A stretch of DNA of 64,000 bases from a virus. The notes below the pieces were generated by a model. It worked only from the letters and a program-made list of their open reading frames with translations. It was not told the origin of the DNA and ran no database searches. Location of the stretch: positions 26,779-90,778 of IMG/VR virus record IMGVR_UViG_3300025000_000005; one strand, given 5' to 3'. Of the stretch, positions 28,746 to 37,431 are shown one piece after another (positions within the stretch are counted from its first letter, which is position 1; each line of letters begins with the position of its first letter). The position numbers and the translations under genes are program-made.

Positions 28746-31142
28746 TCAAATCCTGTCATAGGCCATCAAAGTGAGGGTCGAATCGTCATATTCGGTTGGG
28801 ATGTTGAACGGGTCTCTATAATTCTTGTCCTTTTTTGCCGCAAGCTCCCGGCGAGGCCCGGCCGCCGATTGAGCTGACTGCTGACCTTTGGACGCGGCAC
28901 GGGCATTCCCGGTGGAAGCGGTTCCTCCCTGAGGCGCCTCCTGGATCTCTTTCACTGCCGGCATGGGGGATACTGGTTTGATTGCGCCAACGGTTTTGGC
29001 CTGGTCGCCGGTACTTTCGGACACGACGCCGCCAACTGCCACTGTGCCTGCAGAAACCGCCATTGGACCTGTCACGGTTGCTTCCACCTTGGCTATTTCT
29101 TCTTTTCTGTCGGATAAAATCTGCCCTGCCAGTGCTTTGCGGTATCTCCTTTTGGAACCGTCAGGGTCATGAGGTACTTCATACTTATCCGAAACGATTT
29201 CTGCGGATGAGGCCGCGGTTTTTGCCCGTTCCAGATGGCGCCCGGCCTTTTGATAATATTCCCCGTTGCGGAGTTCATGGTCAATGAATTTGAGCTGCTC
29301 TTCCCTGCTCGATTCGCGGATATCTTTTCCCGCCCACTCCTTAAAGGCTTCCTGCCTTGGTTTATGCCACTGCGCAAGCCCGTAAGCACGGTAAACCCCA
29401 TTTTCGTCCTTATCGCCCTCTGCCTTGTGGTTACCACTGCTTTCGGCCTGAATATTTGCCGAAATGCCAGCAGCCTGCTCTTTCGTCCAGCCCATCTTTT
29501 CAAAGAATTCCGCATCAGAAGTAGCGGTTTTCCCACCCTTGGCAACCGGCATATTCTCCCCGCCAATGATGCCCTCCTTCATCAAATCACGGGCGAGAAG
29601 CAGACCGTCAATGGCAACCGAGGCAACGGTACCGACAATGGGAACGATGCTCACAAGCCCGGATGTCAGCTCGCCGGCCGCACCAACATAATCCCCGTCG
29701 ATAGCCCGGTCGATAGCGAAGGCTGCACCCATGGCTGCGCCAACACCGGGAAGTTTTTTAAGGGCTGATTTTCCGGCTGCTTTTTCGATCGTCTTTGCAC
29801 TGCCCTTCGCACCGCCCTTTCCCAACATCTCCATGCCGCTTTTGCCAAAATTCTTGGCACCCTGGACGATGGCACTTTCACCAATAGCCTTGGAAACGCT
29901 CTTCACGGCAGGATTTTGAGCTATAGAGGAAACCACCTTCGCGCCTACACCACCGGCAACTGCTGCCGCCGTCTTGACACCGGGGAGATTCCCGACAAAA
30001 TCACCAGCAGTCTTGACCGCCGTTTTGCCCGCATCAAGGGCTTTGCCAATAAAGCCACTTTTGGCCGCCACCTTGGTGCCTGTTTTTAGGCCCGTCTCGG
30101 CGACTTCTTCGGCGACTTTTTTTCCGAAAAACTTCCCGGTGAGCTTCCTGACCTTGTTCAGTAACCACCCGCCCGCTACCGCTTCAACTATGCCCGGGCC
30201 TGAAGATCCGGCCGCGGCACCCCCACGGGATGCAGACAGAAGCGCATAACTCCGCCTGGCATCGGCTTTATCAGCCTTTTCGATAGCCTCAATAACCCTC
30301 TCTATCGCCTCGGTCGTTTTCTCGGCCTGCTCATGGTCCCGGACGTCTTTCAGGATGCTTTTTTTGCCTGGCTGAACAGCAGCTTTTAAGAAGCGACCCT
30401 GATCATCGCGCTTATCGTCTTTGGGCTTCTCGGCCTTTTTGCCACCAAAAGCCCCTGCAATTTTATCGAACCCGGCCTTAAGGAACCGGTTGTCTTTCGT
30501 TGTTCCGGCAGCATCGGCAAGCTCCTTCGCCGCGGCCCAAAACGGTCCGCCCGCGGCCATACCGGCTGCATCGGTCGCTGAGGTTGGGGCACCGCCAGCG
30601 ATAAAGTCCTTTGCTCTGGAGATAATCCCGCCCGCTTTGGCCACGGCTTTCCCGATCGCACCAGCGAGCCAAGTGTTTTGCTTTTTCACCCTGCGCTGAT
30701 TCAGGAGGTCCGCGCTTTTGGATTGCTGGATAGCAGGTGTCGTTCCGCTTTGGGAAACCGGCCTATTCCCGGCCGCCCGCCGTTCCGCTGCCACGGTCCC
30801 GGTTTTTTCGGAGGGGATGGCTTTCGTGAACCGGCCGCTTGAATCCCGTAGTCGTTGGGTTCCCGTTCCCGGCATTACGGATCGCACCTTTTCGGCACGG
30901 CCGGCAACGGGAATATTCCCTGGCAAAAAAGAATTTCCGCCATACGGCTTTCTATACGCCCCAGGCACCGGACCGGCCGGAAGGTAAGCCACCCGTCCGG
31001 TGCCAATCCGCGTTATCGGTTTGACCGGATATTTCCGGGTCGCCGACGCCATAGCCTTTTCGAATTTGGCAAGGACCGCCGTATTCCGCTCAATCTTCTT
31101 GAGAATGGCGATGGTTTGGGGGCTATCGTTCATGATGTCCAT
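28746..31142 (-). CDS. sit: Sit-like tape-measure protein with phage tail lysozyme domain
   Basis: Ala/Gly/Lys-rich 798 aa; AAGISANIQAESSGN..AYGLAQW tail-lysozyme motif; position between pmgB and pmgA. Confidence 0.8.
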   Translation of the reverse strand: MDIMNDSPQTIAILKKIERNTAVLAKFEKAMASATRKYPVKPITRIGTGRVAYLPAGPVPGAYRKPYGGNSFLPGNIPVAGRAEKVRSVMPGTGTQRLRDSSGRFTKAIPSEKTGTVAAERRAAGNRPVSQSGTTPAIQQSKSADLLNQRRVKKQNTWLAGAIGKAVAKAGGIISRAKDFIAGGAPTSATDAAGMAAGGPFWAAAKELADAAGTTKDNRFLKAGFDKIAGAFGGKKAEKPKDDKRDDQGRFLKAAVQPGKKSILKDVRDHEQAEKTTEAIERVIEAIEKADKADARRSYALLSASRGGAAAGSSGPGIVEAVAGGWLLNKVRKLTGKFFGKKVAEEVAETGLKTGTKVAAKSGFIGKALDAGKTAVKTAGDFVGNLPGVKTAAAVAGGVGAKVVSSIAQNPAVKSVSKAIGESAIVQGAKNFGKSGMEMLGKGGAKGSAKTIEKAAGKSALKKLPGVGAAMGAAFAIDRAIDGDYVGAAGELTSGLVSIVPIVGTVASVAIDGLLLARDLMKEGIIGGENMPVAKGGKTATSDAEFFEKMGWTKEQAAGISANIQAESSGNHKAEGDKDENGVYRAYGLAQWHKPRQEAFKEWAGKDIRESSREEQLKFIDHELRNGEYYQKAGRHLERAKTAASSAEIVSDKYEVPHDPDGSKRRYRKALAGQILSDRKEEIAKVEATVTGPMAVSAGTVAVGGVVSESTGDQAKTVGAIKPVSPMPAVKEIQEAPQGGTASTGNARAASKGQQSAQSAAGPRRELAAKKDKNYRDPFNIPTEYDDSTLTLMAYDRI

Positions 31143-31471
31143 GTAGAATCAAAGTTATGCCTGTTCTTGTATTCGGCCTGCTTCCCGGGGTTCCACTGGT
31201 TGACAGGCCTCAGATACCCGACCACCCGGCTATAGACCTCGCATGGCTGAAAATTATGAAGTTTTTCGTCTTTTTCAAAGCACGCTTCGCATTTTATCCA
31301 AACCAGATCGCCCTTGCCATAAACCGCGCCGCCTGAAACAGAAAGCAGGCCGGATTCATCAACAGCGGCGAGCACAGTTGTATTTTTCCCGCAATCATGA
31401 CACTCGCCCTCCCATCCGATCTCATTCGTTTCATTGTCCGAAAAGAGTCGATCTAAATCTTCTTTCGTCAT
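31130..31471 (-). CDS. Stand-alone NrdD C-terminal (Zn site + glycyl-radical loop) protein
   Basis: ATG 31471; CHDC, CEAC and CEVYSRVVGYLRPVNQWNPGKQAEYKNR, the class III RNR C-terminal signature. Confidence 0.75.
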   Translation of the reverse strand: MTKEDLDRLFSDNETNEIGWEGECHDCGKNTTVLAAVDESGLLSVSGGAVYGKGDLVWIKCEACFEKDEKLHNFQPCEVYSRVVGYLRPVNQWNPGKQAEYKNRHNFDSTWTS

Positions 31472-31636
31472 TTTTTCTTCTTTGCCTTCTCTATTGCTGA
31501 GTGCAGGTTCACAGCGATGCTTTTCGGGCTTTTCAGGACCCCGTGCATCTGCTGACCAGCGAACCTGCACAAATTATTTATGATATTGTGCCATGACTTC
31601 GAATCATAGTTGCGGTATGAACTCGCTATTCCGAAA
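31468..31636 (-). other. Putative +1 frameshift extension of PmgB (G/GT-like chaperone)
   Basis: Open +1 frame from TTT CGG (31631-31636) to TGA 31468, which overlaps the next ATG (ATGA). Confidence 0.5.
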
Positions 31637-32380
31637 CGTGACCCGAACTCGGGTCGTAACCTCCTTGTCGTCAGGGCAGGCAAGTTTTGGGGAAACGAAA
31701 TAGACCCGGCCATCCTCATAGACGGATTCAAGGCCATGCTCCATTTCTTCCACCATAGCCCCCACAATGGCAATCAGCTTTTCGAGGGACTTAACCCCCA
31801 TTTTTTGGATCCACAATTCGACAGGGCTATCCTCCCCGGGCGCAGGGGCAACGCCGTCCTCAAAGGAAATCTGAGAAAGAAGGGTTTGCAGCTTCATTTT
31901 GATGCCTTGCTGTCTTGCCTCTGCCGATCCTGCCGGCAATAGTCCAAACGCTATCCGCTCAAGCTCAAGCGTCTCTATTGACCGGCCAGATATCGGTTTC
32001 ACGACGAGCTTTTTACCGTCGAATTCGGCCTTCCTGAATGCGGCGCCTTTGATTGCATGGTAGCTGTCGAGCAAGGTCTTAAGATCGAATGTGTGCCGAT
32101 GCTCTTTGCCGCATTGGCACTGGTAAGTAACGGAATACCGGTGATCATCCTCGGTGCAAACGAAATACCATAGCAATGCGAAGCGCCGGTCATCGGCCGT
32201 CCAGTCGCGGGAATCAAGAAAAAAATCCTTGTTCTGAATCCGGTTTAGAAATGCGGTTGTCGCCGCTTCCTCCCTGGAGGGATCAAGTGCACTAAAATCA
32301 AGCGCATCTTCAACAGTCGCTTCCCGGAGAACGATTTCCTTTGTGGGGTCGCTCGGCAGTGTAAAAGGCGGAATTAACAT
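31604..32380 (-). CDS. pmgB: PmgB tail/baseplate assembly chaperone
   Basis: MLIPPFTLPSDP..WTADDRRFALLWYF..YQCQCGKEH..FRNSEFIPQ matches recalled PmgB. Confidence 0.88.
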   Translation of the reverse strand: MLIPPFTLPSDPTKEIVLREATVEDALDFSALDPSREEAATTAFLNRIQNKDFFLDSRDWTADDRRFALLWYFVCTEDDHRYSVTYQCQCGKEHRHTFDLKTLLDSYHAIKGAAFRKAEFDGKKLVVKPISGRSIETLELERIAFGLLPAGSAEARQQGIKMKLQTLLSQISFEDGVAPAPGEDSPVELWIQKMGVKSLEKLIAIVGAMVEEMEHGLESVYEDGRVYFVSPKLACPDDKEVTTRVRVTFRNSEFIPQL

Positions 32381-32391
32381 GGTTCTCTCCT

Positions 32392-32889
32392 TTATGATCT
32401 GAATTGAATGAATACGATGGGGAACTCCAAAAGCCCCTCACCGTCACGGGATTCGGTAACATCGCCCATTTGGGTCGGAATAACCTCCCACTTATCGGTT
32501 TCGACCTCACCGTTCCCAGTAGATATTATTGAAAATCTTTTAATCTCGATCTTGTATTTGTCAGGCAGGTTGACGGTGCCATCGGCGTTCACCATCTTTT
32601 TGATCTGCGATTCGAACCATTTGGAAACTCTTTGGTCCTCGTGGTCCCGCATTACCATTGATATAGTTACCGGCTGGACACCGACAGGATAGGTCAGGAC
32701 TTTAAGCCCAACCTTTATAGGCTCAACATCAATCTCGTCGGGCCCATAGGATATCTCTTTAATCAGCAGGTCAAAATCATCCTGCGGATAGCCCTTGACC
32801 TCGATCCGGAATTGGTACGGATGCCTGAACGGGGTTTCCACTAACCGCTTGACGATTTTCGTTTTGATGGAGTTGTAGTCGGTTGCCAA
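32392..32889 (-). CDS. tub: Tub tail-tube-like/initiator protein
   Basis: ISMVMRD..WF..VNADGTVNLPDKY..GDVTESRD..FP matches recalled Tub. Confidence 0.85.
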   Translation of the reverse strand: MATDYNSIKTKIVKRLVETPFRHPYQFRIEVKGYPQDDFDLLIKEISYGPDEIDVEPIKVGLKVLTYPVGVQPVTISMVMRDHEDQRVSKWFESQIKKMVNADGTVNLPDKYKIEIKRFSIISTGNGEVETDKWEVIPTQMGDVTESRDGEGLLEFPIVFIQFRS

Positions 32890-32898
32890 GAAGCACCC

Positions 32899-33435
32899 CT
32901 AAGCGACGGTGCTCATGGGGATAATCGCCATGGCATCGTCCATTTCGATTTCAACAGCGCTGATATCCGCCTTAAGCACATCGTCGGACGGTAATTCACG
33001 CTGCATGCCGGTTGCCATGGCAATGTTTCGTTCTCGGATCGTGTTCCGGTGGGTGAGGCATGCCGCGAAATGTTTCGTTATGAGGCCGATACTTTCATGC
33101 GGGAGATCGTCATCTACCTCAAGCGCTCTAAAATCTACGAGATATGAGACATCGACAGGATAGACATAGGTTCCGGACAATTCGATTTCGGTCGCCGTGA
33201 CATTGTAATCGGTCCACCGCCCTCTCGCGTCCGAGGTCGACGCTACTACCAAAAAATCTGCCGGTTTTGCAATGGAGGTTTCAGGCGTCTCGATCTTGAC
33301 GGACCGGATCGCGCCGGCATGATCCTGAAATACTCCCATTGAATCTTTGATCATCTGTTCGAGCTTCGCGGAATCACTGTAATAGAGCGTGTCGAACCGG
33401 GCGGATACCTGCGCTATGATTTCAAGGGGTGTCAT
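32899..33435 (-). CDS. pmgC: PmgC head-tail adaptor
   Basis: MTPLEII..RF..FQDHAG..PADFL..YPVDVSYL..AIIP matches recalled PmgC. Confidence 0.85.
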   Translation of the reverse strand: MTPLEIIAQVSARFDTLYYSDSAKLEQMIKDSMGVFQDHAGAIRSVKIETPETSIAKPADFLVVASTSDARGRWTDYNVTATEIELSGTYVYPVDVSYLVDFRALEVDDDLPHESIGLITKHFAACLTHRNTIRERNIAMATGMQRELPSDDVLKADISAVEIEMDDAMAIIPMSTVA

Positions 33436-33479
33436 TCTCTCTCCTTTAAAACTTCAAAACTTTAAATCTTTACGTTGGG

Positions 33480-33971
33480 TTAAAAATAAGACACCCAGTT
33501 CACGTAAAGAGTTCCGGATACCTTCAGCGGGGCATTATCTTCCGTTGAATTTTCAACCGGCTCTGAAGCAAACCAGCAAAAATCCATCAGTAGGGACGTG
33601 TAATCGTTCGGGTTCGGTTGAGCTTCGGAGAGAAGCTTCAGCGTGACTTGACGATACGATTTTTCCTTTACCCAGGTCCGCAAATCCCTCAGAACATGGC
33701 CCTGAACCGTCTCGATAAAGGTGATCGGCAGCTCGTGGGCATTCGTGATTTTGCCCTGCTGCTTCACCTGGATACCATGCGGACCAGTAATCTCAACCAT
33801 CTCGCGCTTAATCGCGGGCCACTGTGCGGTCTGAACCAGAAATTTAAGGTCGTTGAACCCCTGAATCGTCATCTGGAAGTCGTCTGCTTTGGCTTTTTCA
33901 CCGAGGCCAACAAATCCCGCAAAAGCGCTTTTGATCAGTGGCACGTTCGCCGTTCCCGTAAATAGAGCCAT
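33480..33971 (-). CDS. bplB: BplB tail tube protein
   Basis: LVQTAQWPAIKREMVEITGPHG..ETVQG..STED..NW matches recalled BplB. Confidence 0.87.
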   Translation of the reverse strand: MALFTGTANVPLIKSAFAGFVGLGEKAKADDFQMTIQGFNDLKFLVQTAQWPAIKREMVEITGPHGIQVKQQGKITNAHELPITFIETVQGHVLRDLRTWVKEKSYRQVTLKLLSEAQPNPNDYTSLLMDFCWFASEPVENSTEDNAPLKVSGTLYVNWVSYF

Positions 33972-33983
33972 GTTATTTCTCCA

Positions 33984-34583
33984 TCACCACGTATGCGTGG
34001 CGTCAATGGTTGCTAAGTTGATCATTTCTTTGGTTTCGACCTGGAGATTCACATCCGCCCAAACCATGTACCCATCGGCCGTTTTGGGGCGGCCCATGGG
34101 CACGGTAAGGCCGGTGATTACGCAATTGGGGTAATAGGCCATGTATCCGATTTGGATCGCTACGGACTTTGGCGTGCCGCCGAATGGTGAATAATCATCC
34201 GTTGCGGGCACCAGCATCCGCTCAAGCGCTCGTATCGGTTCCATGACCTCTTTTCTGGCATCCGACAGCGCATAAAAAACAAGCGGCATGGTAAAAACGG
34301 TCGGGCGATTACCCTCCCAAACTTGCGCGCTGTTTAACTGGCTCTTGCTGGTAACGCCGGTCCCGAGTTGCGCGAGTCCAGCCATTTTTTCAAAATACCC
34401 GCCGATGGAATCCTGCTCAAACGGACTATTCCAGTTGACCTGAAAATCCCGAGAGATTTCCTCACCGTATACAGCGCAAACGCTGACGTTTTCCTGCCAG
34501 ATCCACGCTTTTAGATGGGGGCTTACGGCCTGGTCATGATTCCCCAGATCCGAAAACCCCTCCGGTCTTTTGAACTTGCCCAT
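33984..34583 (-). CDS. pmgG: PmgG tube-initiator/baseplate protein
   Basis: VSPHLK..NWNSPF..NSAQVWEG.RPTVFTMPLVF matches recalled PmgG. Confidence 0.87.
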   Translation of the reverse strand: MGKFKRPEGFSDLGNHDQAVSPHLKAWIWQENVSVCAVYGEEISRDFQVNWNSPFEQDSIGGYFEKMAGLAQLGTGVTSKSQLNSAQVWEGNRPTVFTMPLVFYALSDARKEVMEPIRALERMLVPATDDYSPFGGTPKSVAIQIGYMAYYPNCVITGLTVPMGRPKTADGYMVWADVNLQVETKEMINLATIDATHTW

Positions 34584-34590
34584 TCGCTTC

Positions 34591-35283
34591 CTATTTCATT
34601 CCATGTTGCTTGCGGATTCGCATAGATTTGGCGCGGTTTCTTCTGGCGCCAGCCGTGTTGGCCCGCCGCCTCGCCGCCTTCAAGGCCGCTTTTTGAGCCG
34701 GACTCATGCGGTACTTCTTGACCCGTTTGCGTTTAAACGTGACGGCGCCGTTTCGAATCACCTTTTTGACCGATTCGAACACGATATCTTCCTCGCCGCT
34801 GGCCGTTGCAAACCGGCTGACGATCTCGTCATTGTCCATTTCGAGGGAATCCAGCTTGTCGGCGATGAACCGGCCGAGCTTTTTACCCTGCTCGTCATCT
34901 TCCTCGTCAAAAAAAGAGGAGACGTTCGCCGCCGACCCGCCGAGCTGTACCAGGGCATTGCCTACTGCCGACAAGAGGTCATTGTAATCGTCCTCTTCGT
35001 CATCAGAGACTTCCCCGTCGCCGTCCAGGTCGATCATGCCAACGACAATGGCGTCCAGGTCTGCATAGGTGAATTCCTTGTTCTCGACCCATGCCATGGC
35101 AGAAGCCATGCCCATCGCTCTGATCTGCTGGTTTGAAAAAGACGTCAGGCTCTCTTCGTCTTCTTCCGCCGCCTCAAAAATTCCGACCGGTTCCTTTTTC
35201 TCAGGAACCTGCTTGTCGTAATTAAACGTTTTGTCGAAAATGGTGTTTGCGCCGAAGTACTGGAACGCGAAGGGAATGCTCAT
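34591..35283 (-). CDS. 21: gp21 homologue (acidic body, basic C-terminus; head/core protein)
   Basis: ESVKKVIRNG..KRKR..AQKAALKAARRRANTGAARRNRAKSM matches recalled gp21. Confidence 0.87.
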   Translation of the reverse strand: MSIPFAFQYFGANTIFDKTFNYDKQVPEKKEPVGIFEAAEEDEESLTSFSNQQIRAMGMASAMAWVENKEFTYADLDAIVVGMIDLDGDGEVSDDEEDDYNDLLSAVGNALVQLGGSAANVSSFFDEEDDEQGKKLGRFIADKLDSLEMDNDEIVSRFATASGEEDIVFESVKKVIRNGAVTFKRKRVKKYRMSPAQKAALKAARRRANTAGARRNRAKSMRIRKQHGMK

Positions 35284-35325
35284 ACTGTCACCTCATTTTT
35301 AAAAAAGGGTTAAAACCCAAAAATC

Positions 35326-36894
35326 TTATTTGATAAGTTTCGGCTGACCCGCAATACGCCGAGCCGCGCCGGTCGGGCATATTTCCCAGAGCACCAACCA
35401 GAGATCAATTTCTTGCTGAGTGACGGTCAGGATGTAAGGCTCAATCCCATAAGCCGGGTCCCGCGGGGGGACAAGTCCGCCCGACATTACGAGATCGTCA
35501 AGAATCTCTTTCGTCTGCCGGTAAAGGCTTTCGTAGGTGATCCCGTCCGGCTCGAATTTCGCGGCCGAGGCGGCCTGAACGAACCGATGATCAATGTAGT
35601 TCAAGATCCGGTTGACCCACCCGAAACGCTCATAGTTCTCTTTGTAATAGACCGCCAAATCGTCATCGCACACGGCGCCGCCGCTTGAGGAAACTATTAC
35701 CGGGTTGATTCTGGCGGTGTAGAGAGCGTCCCTATCCAGAACATCGTCGGCATAGAGCGGTTTGATCCCGGTCCGTTTCAGCTTGGCGCGTTTCTCGCCT
35801 GCCGCGGCATAATGGATGCCGGGGACCTCGCCGGAATAAATGGCATTTCCCCTCGCATGGGCAGCCGCCATCTCTCCGGAGACACCCCACACTGTTTGCC
35901 CGCCGTAGAATCGGTCCGAAGCGGAAAAAGGCGCATGGTAACATCTGGCCTGCCGGCTATCGATACTGGTCGTTGCGATCCAGGTGATCGCGGCATCGTG
36001 TTTTATGGCCGGCGAAGCGTCGAAAAGAAACGTGTTGTGCCTCAACTCAGCAATGGCCGCGCAATTTGCGAGGACATCGGTGTCAAGGCTTCCGGCCGCA
36101 AACATGAGATCGGCAGCAAACGACTCGTTTCTGAACAGGTCCCATGCCGCTATAAATTCCTCGGATGTTGGCGTCCCGCCATTGGTTCCACCGGTGAAAG
36201 TCGTCGCTACGGCGAGCCCTGTCGTTGCGGCTGTCGAAAACTGAGCAAACGTGAACGTATCGTTAAAGTCGCACCGGTACCGGCTCGAATTGTTTTCGAG
36301 AACGGTTTCGATAAAGGCCGGAAGCCCCATGTCATCAACATCGGTTGCGGCCAGGCCCACCGTATAGGTTTCGGTGGCGGCCGGGTCCGTTTCGCCGTTT
36401 TCGTCCAGATCGGTAAAGGTAATTTTGAACCGCTCGGTCGTCGCGTCAATGTCCGACACGACAACTTTTCGGTTGGTAGACGGGTCCCCATCGATGACCC
36501 AGATGGACAAAACGATTCCGGTCCCGGCTTCTACCGGTACAACCGGATAGGCATTGCCGTCCTTCACCAGCACGCCCTCATCATCCATGGTGATGGACGG
36601 GTACTCAGCAGTGCTGTCGACAACCCTAACGACATTGACATAATCGCAATCCCGCAAGGCGTCAGCAACGTGCCGAAGGCCCTCCATTTTGGCGCCGCCC
36701 ACCTTTTTGGAAAACGGTTTCCCGAGGATTTCCTGCCAATCCGAATAAAGCACCTTCAGAACCGTGTTTGGCTGACCTCGCGGCGCCTCAACAACAGTTG
36801 CGCCAACGGACACGAGCCCGCCTCCAGTGGTTTCGGTCGCATCGATCGGCGCCAGAACGGTTATTTCGGCGGCATTCGTAATGGTATTCTTCAT
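35326..36894 (-). CDS. 22: Tail sheath protein
   Basis: RGQPNTVLKV..EGLRHV..RINPV..GGLVPPRDP..EPY..CPTGAARRIAGQPKLIK. Confidence 0.9.
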   Translation of the reverse strand: MKNTITNAAEITVLAPIDATETTGGGLVSVGATVVEAPRGQPNTVLKVLYSDWQEILGKPFSKKVGGAKMEGLRHVADALRDCDYVNVVRVVDSTAEYPSITMDDEGVLVKDGNAYPVVPVEAGTGIVLSIWVIDGDPSTNRKVVVSDIDATTERFKITFTDLDENGETDPAATETYTVGLAATDVDDMGLPAFIETVLENNSSRYRCDFNDTFTFAQFSTAATTGLAVATTFTGGTNGGTPTSEEFIAAWDLFRNESFAADLMFAAGSLDTDVLANCAAIAELRHNTFLFDASPAIKHDAAITWIATTSIDSRQARCYHAPFSASDRFYGGQTVWGVSGEMAAAHARGNAIYSGEVPGIHYAAAGEKRAKLKRTGIKPLYADDVLDRDALYTARINPVIVSSSGGAVCDDDLAVYYKENYERFGWVNRILNYIDHRFVQAASAAKFEPDGITYESLYRQTKEILDDLVMSGGLVPPRDPAYGIEPYILTVTQQEIDLWLVLWEICPTGAARRIAGQPKLIK

Positions 36895-37319
36895 TATTCA
36901 GCCCCTCCATAGACAAGCCCGTAGGCCGCCTGTTTTGCTTTTAGGTGGTGTGTCGCCTCGATTCTGAACTCGCGGCCGTCCGGAACGATTACCGTCCAGG
37001 TATCCTCCATGTCGGTAACCTTGCTGGTCTGGCACGCGCCAAAAAACTCTTCTTTGCTCATGGGAACCATGGTTTCTGGGGTTACGGCAGGATCGGCAAC
37101 GGGCTCCTCTACCGGTTCTTCCCATGCAGGCCCAATCTTGATCACGGGCCGCCGTTTCCGGATATGCTCAGCCAATGCCTCAACGTGCGATTGCGGGATT
37201 TCAAATGCTTTTGGTTCGAAAATCCCGCCCGGGATAAAGAAGCGAAACCCCCGTGCGGCGTAATGGAATCCACTCGCGGAGGGGTTTGTAACCAGGATTT
37301 TTATTTTTTCTTCGGGCAT
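36894..37319 (-). CDS. Hypothetical protein between capsid and sheath
   Basis: 141-aa ORF, RBS AGGAGG, stop coupled to the sheath start. Confidence 0.65.
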   Translation of the reverse strand: MPEEKIKILVTNPSASGFHYAARGFRFFIPGGIFEPKAFEIPQSHVEALAEHIRKRRPVIKIGPAWEEPVEEPVADPAVTPETMVPMSKEEFFGACQTSKVTDMEDTWTVIVPDGREFRIEATHHLKAKQAAYGLVYGGAE

Positions 37320-37353
37320 TGCAGCCTCCTAAAGCGGAATTAAGAAGGTAAGC

Positions 37354-37416
37354 AGGGGGCACCCTCCGCCCGAAAGGTGCCCCCTTATTGCCGGGAAAGG
37401 AGAGAAGACCGGCAAT
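37354..37416 (-). terminator. Two hairpins downstream of the capsid gene
   Basis: AGGGGGCACC/GGTGCCCCCT (37354-37385) and ATTGCCGG/CCGGCAAT (37387-37416). Confidence 0.6.
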
Positions 37417-37431
37417 TGCCATTGGGGCTTA

